IMG/VR virus record: IMGVR_UViG_3300032315_001604
Coordinates: 96,001 to 160,000 of that record
DNA length: 64,000 nt
Source: a virus
Strand: one strand, 5' to 3'
Positions 1 to 10,114 of the stretch are shown here, one piece after another. The first letter of the stretch is position 1; each line of letters opens with the position of its first letter. The translations under genes and the position numbers were made by a program. A model generated the notes under the pieces. The model was not told where the DNA came from and made no database searches. It was given only the letters and a program-made list of their open reading frames with translations.

Positions 1-748
1 CTTGCATCAAATTAAATAACTCTGGATTTTTTTGATACGTAAAGGCATATATAGTTTGGTCATCATTGATTGCTTTTGCATTTAAAAACTCTTCTATTAC
101 TTCAAAACATAAATTTTTAAGTTCTATTAATGGTTGCGCTTTTCCTGCAAACATAGAACCAGTAATACTCACTCTAGGATCGAGATATGAAGATAAAGCG
201 ATTTGATCAGACAGAGTTAAAAAATGAACCTTATTATCGTCTAAAATTTTAATTTTTTCTGGATCTGGGTATTGTTTTAAACAATATTCTTGCGGAAAAC
301 GATTATGATAGAATCCTGCATCCATCCATATAAAATAATCGCTTAAAAACGGATTTTCTTTTACTGTTTGCTCTATAAAACTGACTTTATTAAAATTAAT
401 AATGTTATATTCAGGATAAAGCATTTCTGGTGTATGTTGTTCGTTTCTTTTTTTAAAAAAATCTAAGCTATCCATTACGTTTTTACTTTTTAAATAAAAT
501 TTTTGAAATGCTTCTAAATTTGAAAAAGAATTTATGATAAATTTTGTTTTTTGAAATGATGGATCTACTTCAGATCTTAAAAGTTTTACTGTATCGTAAT
601 CCTTTTCATCAATGTATATAACCATATTGCAGTCTAATGAAAGGACATTTTTAAAATATTTAAAATACTCTTGATAAGATCTTTGAAAGATATTATTCCA
701 AGATCCTCTGCCTATATCATATAGACTAGTAACGATTGTAGTGCTCAT
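1..748 (-). CDS. HtrL/YibB-like (WlaTC/HtrL) glycosyltransferase, runs off left edge
   Basis: Not in the ORF track. ATG at 748, open frame MSTTIVTSLYDIGRGSW...YFIWMDAG...DDQ to the window edge; the VT(S/A)LYDIGR and WxDAG motifs match my recollection of the HtrL/YibB family. Confidence 0.65.
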   Translation of the reverse strand, partial: MSTTIVTSLYDIGRGSWNNIFQRSYQEYFKYFKNVLSLDCNMVIYIDEKDYDTVKLLRSEVDPSFQKTKFIINSFSNLEAFQKFYLKSKNVMDSLDFFKKRNEQHTPEMLYPEYNIINFNKVSFIEQTVKENPFLSDYFIWMDAGFYHNRFPQEYCLKQYPDPEKIKILDDNKVHFLTLSDQIALSSYLDPRVSITGSMFAGKAQPLIELKNLCFEVIEEFLNAKAINDDQTIYAFTYQKNPELFNLMQ

Positions 749-1407
749 TAATCTAAAACTTCTTGGCCATCGGGTGCTAAATTTCCTGATAGATTAATCT
801 TATCAGTATTATGGATTATATCAAATTCAAAGATTTGATATTTATAAAAACTATGTTCAAGATCTATATAAAGACCTTTATTGTTTAACATTTCAGATAA
901 GTTTTTTTCAAATTTATCTGCATAAGAAAATGGGAATCTATAATATCTAGTATCGCAAATGCCTTGATTTGACCAAGTATTAGTATCTTTTTTCTTTATC
1001 AGAATTTTATCTAATGGACAGTTGGTAAAATCGTGATGATCTGTTAAGAAATATCTTCCTGATATTTTGCTAACGGTTAAAATGTTTTTCTCGGCTTTTA
1101 ACTGATTAAAATAATCAGATTTTAAATAATTTAAAATTAAAGTGGCTTCTCCTATACTTTTATGTAAATTGCTTATATCGAAATATAAGAGGTTGTGAAT
1201 TTTACTTTCTTTAAGTTTTGCAATATCTTCTTTTGTCAGGATACTTCCTTCTAATACCACTATATAAGGGTTTGGTATTTTTTTATAAATTGAACTGATA
1301 GTTAAATCTGTTAACTGTTTAAGTCTTTCATTTGGACTATAAATCGATGAATGAAAGGGATAAATTACAGATGTGACAACAACTAAATTTATTTTTTTAG
1401 AGTCCAT
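748..1407 (-). CDS. hypothetical protein in glycosylation island
   Basis: 219-aa ORF overlapping its neighbours in an operon; KISGRY motif; family not securely recognised. Confidence 0.5.
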   Translation of the reverse strand: MDSKKINLVVVTSVIYPFHSSIYSPNERLKQLTDLTISSIYKKIPNPYIVVLEGSILTKEDIAKLKESKIHNLLYFDISNLHKSIGEATLILNYLKSDYFNQLKAEKNILTVSKISGRYFLTDHHDFTNCPLDKILIKKKDTNTWSNQGICDTRYYRFPFSYADKFEKNLSEMLNNKGLYIDLEHSFYKYQIFEFDIIHNTDKINLSGNLAPDGQEVLD

Positions 1408-2033
1408 TTAATGTCATGTTCACACCATTCTTCAGGAACATCTTCGAACACCCCATCTGTCAAATTTCCCCACCCTTTAGCAATTTTAATATATTTTTCA
1501 CCTAAAATATTATTAAAATTTGATTCTTTATTTTGATTTTCTACAATCTCATTATTATAAATTGTAGGTTTGTTATCTTTTTCGACTTCGCATTGTATTT
1601 CATCAATCAAACCTTTATTAATATATGGTTCAAGAGTTTTTAAAACTATCAAATCATATCCTTGTAAATCGCTAATATATGTATCGATTTTTTGGATATT
1701 GTTTTCTTGACAAAAATTAAAAAGATTAATTGTAGGAACTGTTAATTGCTCTGATGTTTGGATACATGAAAATAATTCATTGTTAACATTTGGAGTTAAA
1801 ATAGAACTAGAATCTCCATTATTTTTAGAAATATTAAAAGTGATAACTGTATTGTGTTTTTCGCAAATTGCTGCATTAATAATCGTTACGTTTTGATTTG
1901 TCGCAAAACGTTGTTTTAAGATTTGACAAAATCTTGGATTTGCTTCAAATGCATATATTTGTTCATATTCAGAAATAAAATTGGATACAGAGTTTCCATG
2001 ATGAGCACCGACATAAATTAATGTTTTTTTCAT
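1389..2033 (-). CDS. FkbM-family SAM-dependent methyltransferase
   Basis: YVGAHHG, YAFEANP and SDLQGYDLIVL motifs typical of FkbM (Methyltransf_21). Confidence 0.85.
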   Translation of the reverse strand: MKKTLIYVGAHHGNSVSNFISEYEQIYAFEANPRFCQILKQRFATNQNVTIINAAICEKHNTVITFNISKNNGDSSSILTPNVNNELFSCIQTSEQLTVPTINLFNFCQENNIQKIDTYISDLQGYDLIVLKTLEPYINKGLIDEIQCEVEKDNKPTIYNNEIVENQNKESNFNNILGEKYIKIAKGWGNLTDGVFEDVPEEWCEHDIKWTLKK

Positions 2034-2037
2034 AATA

Positions 2038-2529
2038 TTAATAATCTATAATAAGAATATCTTTTGGATGCCAACGATCAGCTTCATATGAAATTTTGGC
2101 ATTTGGTTTATATTTTTTAATTAGATCGGTGATTGTTTGTATGTTAACACTTTGATCAAAGTTTTCATATAGTCGCATATCATCCACATATATAAGTTCT
2201 CCGTCTATGTTTCTAGATAAAATCATTTGTAGCTCAGTTATTAGTGGTGTAGAATCGCTCATATGAGCATCTAACCAAAACGTAAAAGCAGTATTTAAAT
2301 TGCTGTCCAAAACTTCTTTTAATTTTAAAGAAGAATCTCCTAAAATCATTTGAACTTTTGGTTCATTTGAAAATCTATCTACACAATGTTTGTAATATTG
2401 TTCTACTAATTCTATCGCATAAATTTTTGAAAATCCACTATCTAAAGCTAATTGAATACTATAGCCTTCAAATGCTCCAGTTTCTATATACGACTCCGTT
2501 TTTTTATAAAAAGTAGATTCTTTTGGCAT
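2038..2529 (-). CDS. class I SAM-methyltransferase-like protein
   Basis: YIETGAFEG, IELVEQYY, GDSS, FWLDAH and IYVDDMR Rossmann-type motifs. Confidence 0.65.
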   Translation of the reverse strand: MPKESTFYKKTESYIETGAFEGYSIQLALDSGFSKIYAIELVEQYYKHCVDRFSNEPKVQMILGDSSLKLKEVLDSNLNTAFTFWLDAHMSDSTPLITELQMILSRNIDGELIYVDDMRLYENFDQSVNIQTITDLIKKYKPNAKISYEADRWHPKDILIIDY

Positions 2530-2532
2530 TTT

Positions 2533-3846
2533 TTAAATTTGTGTGTTGTTATACACACTGTTTTCTCCTGTTTGTAAACATGCTGTATTTGCTTCGGTGT
2601 GAACATACGCATGTAAAGGCTTATCGATAAAAAATTCTGTTTTTGCGTCTCTCCATAACTGAGAAACCCAACCAAAATCTTCACATATGTTATTGCTAGG
2701 TACTCTATATTTTTGAGCTAGTTTTCTGTTCCATGCACAAATATGATATGGTTTTCTCTTAAAGATTGTATCTGGTGAATATGTTTCGTTTTCATTTTGA
2801 AGACCAAATACTACTATAGATTTTGGATTTTCTTCAATAAAACAGTTTTGTTTAAATGTAATAACGTCTACATCAGGATTATTTTTAATAGCATTTACTA
2901 ATTCTATTACATAATCGTTAGATATATCATCGTCATCATCAACAAAAGCAACAAATTGACCTACTGCGGATTGTATTAAATTATCTCTTTTTCGGCCAAC
3001 AGTTCTAACTTTATTATCTATGAGTATTAAATGTTCTACTTTTTTTTCAAGATTGTGTTGTTTTATTTGCTGTTCAATTTTATCAATCAATTTTTTTAAA
3101 CTAGTTCCAATTCTTGATGGAATGCTAGGTGTCAATATAGAAAGATGTGGTAGGAATGGATTTAAATCAAAATTTAATTTATGTCTTTTTTCATATGTGA
3201 CTTTATCTATATTAAAATAAGATTCGTTTCTTGCATATAATTCATCAAAATTTGTTTTTTGATATACAGGATGAGCATGTTCGATAATGACGTTATCAAG
3301 TTTATAACATTTTCCTAAAAAATTTGAAACATCTGTAAACTCATTATCACACCAAAGACTTATATATTCTGGATTGTATATGTAATTGAATCTTTGATAA
3401 TATTTGTGACCCAAAATGCACAAAGTATTAATTTTATCTTGTCCACCATCACTATACCATAAAACACCATCCATGTTTCTATGATATGCAAGCATGTCAT
3501 TACGAATGATATCGTCATATCCATCTACTATAGGAATCATATCATCTGAAGCAAGTAACAGTATATGCCACCCTCCTACTTTTTCCATATCTGCATTAAT
3601 TGCTTGAACTTTTGTTTTATTATGACCAAAAAAATAAACTAATTTTATTTTTTTCTTAAATTCTTCAAGTCTTGATATAACTTGAGGATTATTCATAGCT
3701 GGATCATCAACATCGCAGCTTATAACAAAAGCTATATCATTTTTATTTGTTGCTTTACTATAATATAACTCTAAAACTTGAAAAAATTTTTCAGGTCTTC
3801 CCCTTGTTGGGAATTTAATTAATAAGTTTAATGAATCGGATATCAT
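2533..3846 (-). CDS. two-domain GT-A glycosyltransferase (N-terminal GT-A plus C-terminal GT2)
   Basis: KFPTRGRP...ASDDMIP...WCDNE in the N half; LSILTPS...FVDDDD in the C half. Confidence 0.8.
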   Translation of the reverse strand: MISDSLNLLIKFPTRGRPEKFFQVLELYYSKATNKNDIAFVISCDVDDPAMNNPQVISRLEEFKKKIKLVYFFGHNKTKVQAINADMEKVGGWHILLLASDDMIPIVDGYDDIIRNDMLAYHRNMDGVLWYSDGGQDKINTLCILGHKYYQRFNYIYNPEYISLWCDNEFTDVSNFLGKCYKLDNVIIEHAHPVYQKTNFDELYARNESYFNIDKVTYEKRHKLNFDLNPFLPHLSILTPSIPSRIGTSLKKLIDKIEQQIKQHNLEKKVEHLILIDNKVRTVGRKRDNLIQSAVGQFVAFVDDDDDISNDYVIELVNAIKNNPDVDVITFKQNCFIEENPKSIVVFGLQNENETYSPDTIFKRKPYHICAWNRKLAQKYRVPSNNICEDFGWVSQLWRDAKTEFFIDKPLHAYVHTEANTACLQTGENSVYNNTQI

Positions 3847-4844
3847 AAATTCTCTAAAAATACTTGATTAAACTGTTTCATAACATTTTGTGGATTATAC
3901 CACTGATAAGAGTTATAATCCACATTTTTATTTGGTACAAAATTCATAAAAATGTCAAATAAATCGTTTTCTTCTTCGTAATATATAGCATCATTTTTAA
4001 GAATATCAATATATCCTTTACCGATACCATGTTTCCATGTAATAATAGGTTTATTTAAGGCACAGAATTCTGCAATAGCTAATCCAAATGTTTCTCCATG
4101 ATGTCTGGCATGAATCATTGCGTCAGTAGCAGCAATATATCGATATTTTTCTTTTAAATCGATAATTGGATCTACATAAATCAATCTTTCATGTGAAAGA
4201 AAGGGGTTTGTACAAATCATTAAAAAATATAAATCTTTTCTTTGATTTAAAACTTTGTTTATAGCGTTATAAACAAAAGGTAAATTAAAATCATTATATC
4301 CTCCTATTCTTCCATAAACAAAAGCATCTTCAGGAATATTAAGTTTATGTCTAATTTCTTTTTTGGCTGCTACTGCGTCTATTTGAGGGGTGTTGATAAT
4401 ATGTGAAACGTAAGGTATTTTGCCTTGAGAGCATGTATCAGATAACCATTTAGATACATATGCAAATCTATCACCATGAACATTACTCATAGGTTGAGGA
4501 AAAACCGAGTGAATAAGCATTTTTGCATGTTTTGAATAAAACCCTGTAGGTTCACCCGATTTTATATTATAAACAGCATCAATTTTTTCTTTCAAAATGA
4601 AAGAATCTAATTCTTCATAATTTTTATATTCAATCAAATTAAATTTTAATTTTAAAGAATCTATAGTTTTATCTACATAATTTTTGTAAAACGGTTCATT
4701 CCATGGAAAAACATCAATTCTTTTGCCAAAAGCTAAAAAAGATTTGTTTTTTAAAATTTTTTCATTAAAAAATGCATAATCTAACAAAGCTCTGGTAGAA
4801 CCTTGCATTGAAAATTGTTCTTCTAAAAAAAGTATATTTTTCAT
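3843..4844 (-). CDS. GT-B (GT4-like) glycosyltransferase
   Basis: GRIGGY and HARHHGETFGLAIAEF (ExFGLxxxE signature). Confidence 0.8.
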   Translation of the reverse strand: MKNILFLEEQFSMQGSTRALLDYAFFNEKILKNKSFLAFGKRIDVFPWNEPFYKNYVDKTIDSLKLKFNLIEYKNYEELDSFILKEKIDAVYNIKSGEPTGFYSKHAKMLIHSVFPQPMSNVHGDRFAYVSKWLSDTCSQGKIPYVSHIINTPQIDAVAAKKEIRHKLNIPEDAFVYGRIGGYNDFNLPFVYNAINKVLNQRKDLYFLMICTNPFLSHERLIYVDPIIDLKEKYRYIAATDAMIHARHHGETFGLAIAEFCALNKPIITWKHGIGKGYIDILKNDAIYYEEENDLFDIFMNFVPNKNVDYNSYQWYNPQNVMKQFNQVFLENL

Positions 4845-5392
4845 TGTGTTTGAGAAGGTTGATAAAAATATATTGGAGTTTTGATATAAACTTCAGTTTT
4901 CAATAAAGTTTTTAAACGTAAAGAGTAATCGTAATCTTCCCCAACTGAAATATCAAGAAAATCTATTGATAATGCAATTTCTTTTTTAATAGGATTCAAA
5001 TGATTTGGGCATCTGTAATGAACATTATTTTTAGTATACCAAGAAGAATATTGAATAGAATGTACAAATTTTTCTTTTTTATTGCGATTGATAATCATAC
5101 CTTCTATTCCACAGCAATCTGGGTTTTTATATGAAATTGCTGTTAAAATTTTAACAACATAATCATCGGAAACCCAATCATCATCATCGATAAAAACTAC
5201 ATACTCGCCTTTAGCTGAACGTAATAATTCATTTCTTTTTAAGCCTATACTTTTTTCTCCAGAATCTATGTTAGCCAAAAGCTCAACATCAGGACAAAAT
5301 TTAATTTGTTCAGTTAAATGTCTGTTTAACTTTTTAAATTTGTTAGTTCTATTATGTAGAGTACAAGTTAATATAGAAAGTTTTTTATTCAT
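4841..5392 (-). CDS. GT2 glycosyltransferase
   Basis: LSILTCT, GEYVVFIDDDD and GEDYDY motifs. Confidence 0.8.
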   Translation of the reverse strand: MNKKLSILTCTLHNRTNKFKKLNRHLTEQIKFCPDVELLANIDSGEKSIGLKRNELLRSAKGEYVVFIDDDDWVSDDYVVKILTAISYKNPDCCGIEGMIINRNKKEKFVHSIQYSSWYTKNNVHYRCPNHLNPIKKEIALSIDFLDISVGEDYDYSLRLKTLLKTEVYIKTPIYFYQPSQTQ

Positions 5393-7514
5393 TTACTTTA
5401 TAAATTAATAATCCATCTGATCCTACTCTTCTTTCAAAAAATGGTATATCTAAAAATAAGTTATAATCTAATGATTTAAAAAATTCTTTACATTCATTGT
5501 GCCAAAAATCAGAATGTGTTAATATATACACATGTTTTATTTTTTTATTTATAAAAAGTTCTTTATTTTCATTTAAAAGTGTTGTTTCTGATCCATCAAT
5601 ATCAAAATGTAATACATCAATTTCTATTATATTATGTTCTTTAAAAATCTCATAAAGTGTTATTGGTTTGACTTGAAAATTTTTAATATTTTGATTTGTT
5701 TGAATTACCCAATCATTACCAATACCATTATTATAAAAAATTCCTTCACAATTATTAATCTCAAAATGTTTTTTTCCTAATTCCAAATAAGGTATATGCG
5801 GTTCTATCATTATATTAATAGTATTATTTTTACCTAAAATGTGTTTAAATAGTAAAGAATAATATGCTTGATTAGCACCTACTTCGATCATAATATATGG
5901 AGGTTTATTTTTTTTAAATTCTAAAGTATTTTTTTCAAAATTTTCAATTAAATCGATTTCTGAATCATCTTGATAATATTCCCAAACGTTTTCATGTCCT
6001 TGATTTTTTAAAATTTTAAAATTATATTTTTTTGTGTATGTTTGTTTTTTGGCAACTTTAATATGTTTAAAATCTAAATTTTGATTGATATCAATTTGAT
6101 ATTCATTTAAATTAATATTTTTAAATCCGTTGTCAAACATGTTAGTTTTGCCTGATTGTTCATCTTCTCTTTTTTGTCCGTTCACATAATGTGCTTTTAC
6201 TTCTACATCGTTTAATAATCTTGTTTGATGTGGAACAGAATAAAATTTGCCAAAAGGGTGCGTATAAATTTTCAAACCTACTTTTTCTACACGATTTCCT
6301 AGTGTTCTGTCTTCAGATCCCCACCCTATATAATCAATCGGATATCCATTAACTGCTTCAAAATGTTCTTTTCGAAAAACTATAACTCCTCCCATTGTTG
6401 CATCTGGATTTTGTATATAATCGAATTGACTACAATATGTGCTCATATGCACAGGTGTTTCTGGATATGAATAATCTGCAATTTCGGGTATTAGATCTAC
6501 ATCATGAAAACAGTAATAATTAAAATTGGGATTAAATAAAAATGCTATATTATTTAATAATCCTTTATTAAAAAGATCATTATCATTTTGTTCTACAACA
6601 ACAATTTCATATTTAGAAACTTGTTTTGATAGGACGTTTTTAAGAGCAGGAATTAGCTGATCTAATGCTGTTTTTCTATCTCTATATGGAATAACGACAC
6701 ACAATTCCTTATCGTTATTGATTAATTTTTTACGACTATAGTTTGTCTGCAACACTACTAAACTTTTGAGTAAATTTTTAATTCCCAAATCTTGAATAGT
6801 ATTTGTAAAGTGACCCCATTTTTTAGTAAAAAATTCTGCTGATTTTTGCCAATTTTCTTGATATTTTTCTTTATTTGTAATAGATGAATTTGCACTACTA
6901 CCTTCTATATCAGTTAAATAATCTTCACTGTTATAAAGATCAGGGAAATACCAAAAAGGAGGAGCAACGTTTTTTTGAATTAAATTGTAAGCAAAGTCGA
7001 TATGCTCAAATGCATTGGTATAATTTTCATCAAAATATCCCAACTTTTTAAGTAATTGGGCATTGATATACATAAATGCTCCTTGTGGATTGTGATAGAA
7101 ACCTATTTTTACTCCATCTGGTTGTTCGTGGACGTATTTTAAGCTCTTTTCATTGTCAGCTACCTTTTCATAACACAAATGATGAATTCCTGTTGAATTA
7201 GCAGCTTTAATATATTCTTCAAAAACATTAGAGTCTTTTACAATAATATCATCTTCTATTAAGAATAGATGTTCGCACCCCAAATTAATTAGCTCTTTAA
7301 GAGCTTTGTTTTTTGATTTAGCTACCCCTAATTGTTTATTGTTATGAATAACTGTATCTGCATCTGCTGGATTTACATATGCATCTTCTCCATCATTTAC
7401 TATGACTAGTTTATCCATCTTATCTTTTGGTAAAGATGCATAAACTTTACTATAATAATCAGGGCGATTATATGTAATAATACCAACACCTATTCTTGAT
7501 GATACAGTTTCCAT
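5385..7514 (-). CDS. tri-domain GT2 + GT7 (beta-1,4-galactosyltransferase-like) + FkbM methyltransferase fusion
   Basis: GIITYNRP/LIEDD (GT2); VVIPYRDR, FNKG, FHDVD, NGY...GWGSED (GT7); IEVGANQAYY/DIDGSE (FkbM). Confidence 0.8.
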   Translation of the reverse strand: METVSSRIGVGIITYNRPDYYSKVYASLPKDKMDKLVIVNDGEDAYVNPADADTVIHNNKQLGVAKSKNKALKELINLGCEHLFLIEDDIIVKDSNVFEEYIKAANSTGIHHLCYEKVADNEKSLKYVHEQPDGVKIGFYHNPQGAFMYINAQLLKKLGYFDENYTNAFEHIDFAYNLIQKNVAPPFWYFPDLYNSEDYLTDIEGSSANSSITNKEKYQENWQKSAEFFTKKWGHFTNTIQDLGIKNLLKSLVVLQTNYSRKKLINNDKELCVVIPYRDRKTALDQLIPALKNVLSKQVSKYEIVVVEQNDNDLFNKGLLNNIAFLFNPNFNYYCFHDVDLIPEIADYSYPETPVHMSTYCSQFDYIQNPDATMGGVIVFRKEHFEAVNGYPIDYIGWGSEDRTLGNRVEKVGLKIYTHPFGKFYSVPHQTRLLNDVEVKAHYVNGQKREDEQSGKTNMFDNGFKNINLNEYQIDINQNLDFKHIKVAKKQTYTKKYNFKILKNQGHENVWEYYQDDSEIDLIENFEKNTLEFKKNKPPYIMIEVGANQAYYSLLFKHILGKNNTINIMIEPHIPYLELGKKHFEINNCEGIFYNNGIGNDWVIQTNQNIKNFQVKPITLYEIFKEHNIIEIDVLHFDIDGSETTLLNENKELFINKKIKHVYILTHSDFWHNECKEFFKSLDYNLFLDIPFFERRVGSDGLLIYKVNE

Positions 7515-8311
7515 ATTTCTTTTAGTTTTTGCACAACTTCTTGTTCAGAAGCAATGTTTTCTTGTGGTCCGTATCCCGCAACAACCGAGAAGTTATTCTT
7601 GTGAATAAAATGATCCAATCCTTTTTTAAAGGTATCTTGAAAATCAGATTCGGATCTAATTTTAGATTGTTGGTGATCAGGAACAATATCTTTTAAGTAT
7701 AAATTAGAATCTTTAATATCAGCAAACCATCTAAAAGGAGGATGGTAGTTATTTTTAATAATTTGATATGTATGATCTACATGCTCTAATGCATTATAAA
7801 AATTTTCATCCATTAAACCGATTTTATTTAAGACATCTACATGATAGTAACTAAATGCTCCAAGCACATTAGGGTATAAATTAATTGATGTTTTATCAGG
7901 ATAATTTATAGATTTACGGATATTTGGTTGATTTAAAAAATTTAAATTGTGATTGCCATGAAGTCCGTAGTTAAAATGTTTAATACCTGTGCTTTTTGAA
8001 GCATTTATATATTTTTCAAAAATTTCATGATTTAAAATTTCAATGTCATCTTCCATTAAGAAGATATGTTCACATTTTTGATCTAATAAATATTTTAAAG
8101 CTATGTTTTTTGCTTTAGCTACTCCCTCCTTGCCCTTTGTCTCTTTAAAAATAACAGGATAATATGGCAATTTTTCCGTTCCATCATTGATTATGATATA
8201 TTCTAACTCTGTTTTTTGAGAAGCATCTAATAGAGAAGTGACCGATTTTTTATAAAAATCTGGTCTGTCACATGTAATTAGCCCTATTCCTATTTTATTT
8301 TGAGCTACCAT
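7490..8311 (-). CDS. GT2 glycosyltransferase, paralogue of the N-terminal domain of 5385-7514
   Basis: IGIGLITCDRP, FLMEDD, EHVDHTY; start placed at MVAQNK (8311). Confidence 0.8.
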   Translation of the reverse strand: MVAQNKIGIGLITCDRPDFYKKSVTSLLDASQKTELEYIIINDGTEKLPYYPVIFKETKGKEGVAKAKNIALKYLLDQKCEHIFLMEDDIEILNHEIFEKYINASKSTGIKHFNYGLHGNHNLNFLNQPNIRKSINYPDKTSINLYPNVLGAFSYYHVDVLNKIGLMDENFYNALEHVDHTYQIIKNNYHPPFRWFADIKDSNLYLKDIVPDHQQSKIRSESDFQDTFKKGLDHFIHKNNFSVVAGYGPQENIASEQEVVQKLKEIWKLYHQE

Positions 8312-9074
8312 AAGTTTTTTGAAGTTTTTCCATAAACTCAAGTAAAACTTGTTGGGTTACTCCACTTGGATCATTTTGAGATGGTATATATTTGTGTTTA
8401 TGGTAAAAATAGGCACAAGATAATTCTAAAGATTTGTCATCATCTGGTTTGTATTGCTCTTTTGACTGAGGCATTTCTTTAAAATTTATTTTTTCTATGT
8501 TAGCAACATATTCCTCTAAAGAATCTTTTTCGATTGTTGGATTATAATGTTTAGGAGGATAAACTTCTTTTTCTCTCATTTTATTGATAAAATCAACTAT
8601 ATCTAAATCTTTGGTGTTATAATATCTTTCATCAAAGTATCCAAAGTTTTTAATAATTCCCGAATACAGAAAGATAAAATTTGTATTAAGCTGTGGAGAA
8701 AGGTTTAGAGTTAAATTGGCAGCATCATCTTCTACTGGAATACTATTAGATCCTGCGCCAGTAATAAACCATGTTCCAAAAGTTTCTGCCAGATTTATTG
8801 TTTTTTCAAAAAAATTATTGTCTTTAATTCTTACATTTGAATTTAAGAGAAAATAGTATTTTAAATTTTTAATTCTCATCTGAGAAATTAAATAGTTTCT
8901 CATTGTTGCTAATGAGACTTGTTTTGTATAATTTTTTTGATTCTCTTTAGAGAATGTTTTATTAGATACAATAAAAACATTTGATTTAAATTCTTCAGGA
9001 ATAGAAGAAATTGCTCCTTCTAATAATTCATCAGAGTGTATGTCTAAAATACCAATTCCTATTTCGCTTTTCAT
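8295..9074 (-). CDS. divergent GT2-like protein lacking the DxD motif
   Basis: IGIGI start and FGYFDERY segment shared with the two adjacent GT2 genes; no EDD motif. Confidence 0.45.
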   Translation of the reverse strand: MKSEIGIGILDIHSDELLEGAISSIPEEFKSNVFIVSNKTFSKENQKNYTKQVSLATMRNYLISQMRIKNLKYYFLLNSNVRIKDNNFFEKTINLAETFGTWFITGAGSNSIPVEDDAANLTLNLSPQLNTNFIFLYSGIIKNFGYFDERYYNTKDLDIVDFINKMREKEVYPPKHYNPTIEKDSLEEYVANIEKINFKEMPQSKEQYKPDDDKSLELSCAYFYHKHKYIPSQNDPSGVTQQVLLEFMEKLQKTYGSSK

Positions 9075-10114
9075 TTTATTAAATCATTATACAATTCTTT
9101 TACATAAGAAACAACTTCTTTTTTATTTTCAATATCAAGAGAGTCTACATATGTTTTAATATCTTGCATTAAATCAACGGTTTTTAATTCATTTTCTTTT
9201 AATGAAGATGTAGTTTTCTCAGATTCTTGATGATCTATTCTTAAAGAAATCGGTTCTAGTTTATTTATTTTGCTGTGTAAAAGTATCAACTTTTCTTCAT
9301 CTAGTTGAGTATCAACGACTAAACTAATATGATTATTTTTAATATTTTCTTTTAAAAAGGATACTGTTATTTCACCTGATAGTATTCTTTTGATAGAAAT
9401 TTTTATATGTTTTGGTGAAATTTTATTTTCTATAAAATCGAAATTGTTTTTTTCTACATCATAAACATATATTCCTCTACTATCTAAAGTGTCACCAAAG
9501 TTTTGTTGATAAGGACTGCCCAAATAAACTATTTCACCGTTTTGATATGTTCTGTGATCTTTTTTATGAAAATGTCCTGAGATAATAAGTTTAGATTTTT
9601 TAAAAAGATCAGCAGACTTTAAACCATGTTCACAAACTTTATATGTATTCATATAAAAAGATGTGATTTCAAAATGACCAAATATAATATCTACATTTGG
9701 AATATCAACAATATCAGTACCCCAAGGAACTAAAACTGCTTTCTTATTATAGATATCTAATTCAAAAGGCATATCATCTATAATTTTGATATTTTTCCAA
9801 CCATCAAAAATTGATATTGAATTAACTTTTCCTGTATCTTTGTAAAAGCTGTCATGATTTCCTACGGAAATATAAAGATTAAAATCTTTAAAATAATCAA
9901 AAAACTTTTTAGCTGTATCTAATGTAGATACGGATATTTCTGATCTGTTATGAAAAATATCACCAGGAATGATTATATCATTTATTCCGAGTTCCAAATA
10001 TTTTTTAGAAGCCCATTCAGCAAATTCTAATACTATCTTATGCCATATAGGATTATCTTGATTAATTCCTATATGAACATCTGAAAAACATCCGATTTTG
10101 TTACTTTTAATCAT
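9071..10114 (-). CDS. gp47: recombination endonuclease subunit (Mre11/SbcD-like)
   Basis: Metallophosphoesterase motifs SDVHIG, GDIFH, GNHD, GHFH, YLGSPYQ; T4-like context. Confidence 0.92.
   Translation of the reverse strand: MIKSNKIGCFSDVHIGINQDNPIWHKIVLEFAEWASKKYLELGINDIIIPGDIFHNRSEISVSTLDTAKKFFDYFKDFNLYISVGNHDSFYKDTGKVNSISIFDGWKNIKIIDDMPFELDIYNKKAVLVPWGTDIVDIPNVDIIFGHFEITSFYMNTYKVCEHGLKSADLFKKSKLIISGHFHKKDHRTYQNGEIVYLGSPYQQNFGDTLDSRGIYVYDVEKNNFDFIENKISPKHIKISIKRILSGEITVSFLKENIKNNHISLVVDTQLDEEKLILLHSKINKLEPISLRIDHQESEKTTSSLKENELKTVDLMQDIKTYVDSLDIENKKEVVSYVKELYNDLIK

Noticed and set aside
1-9074. Eukaryotic giant-virus origin suggested by the glycosylation genes
   Set aside because: The contig carries T4-like gp20/21/22/23, gp55, gp6/gp25 and a peptidoglycan endolysin.
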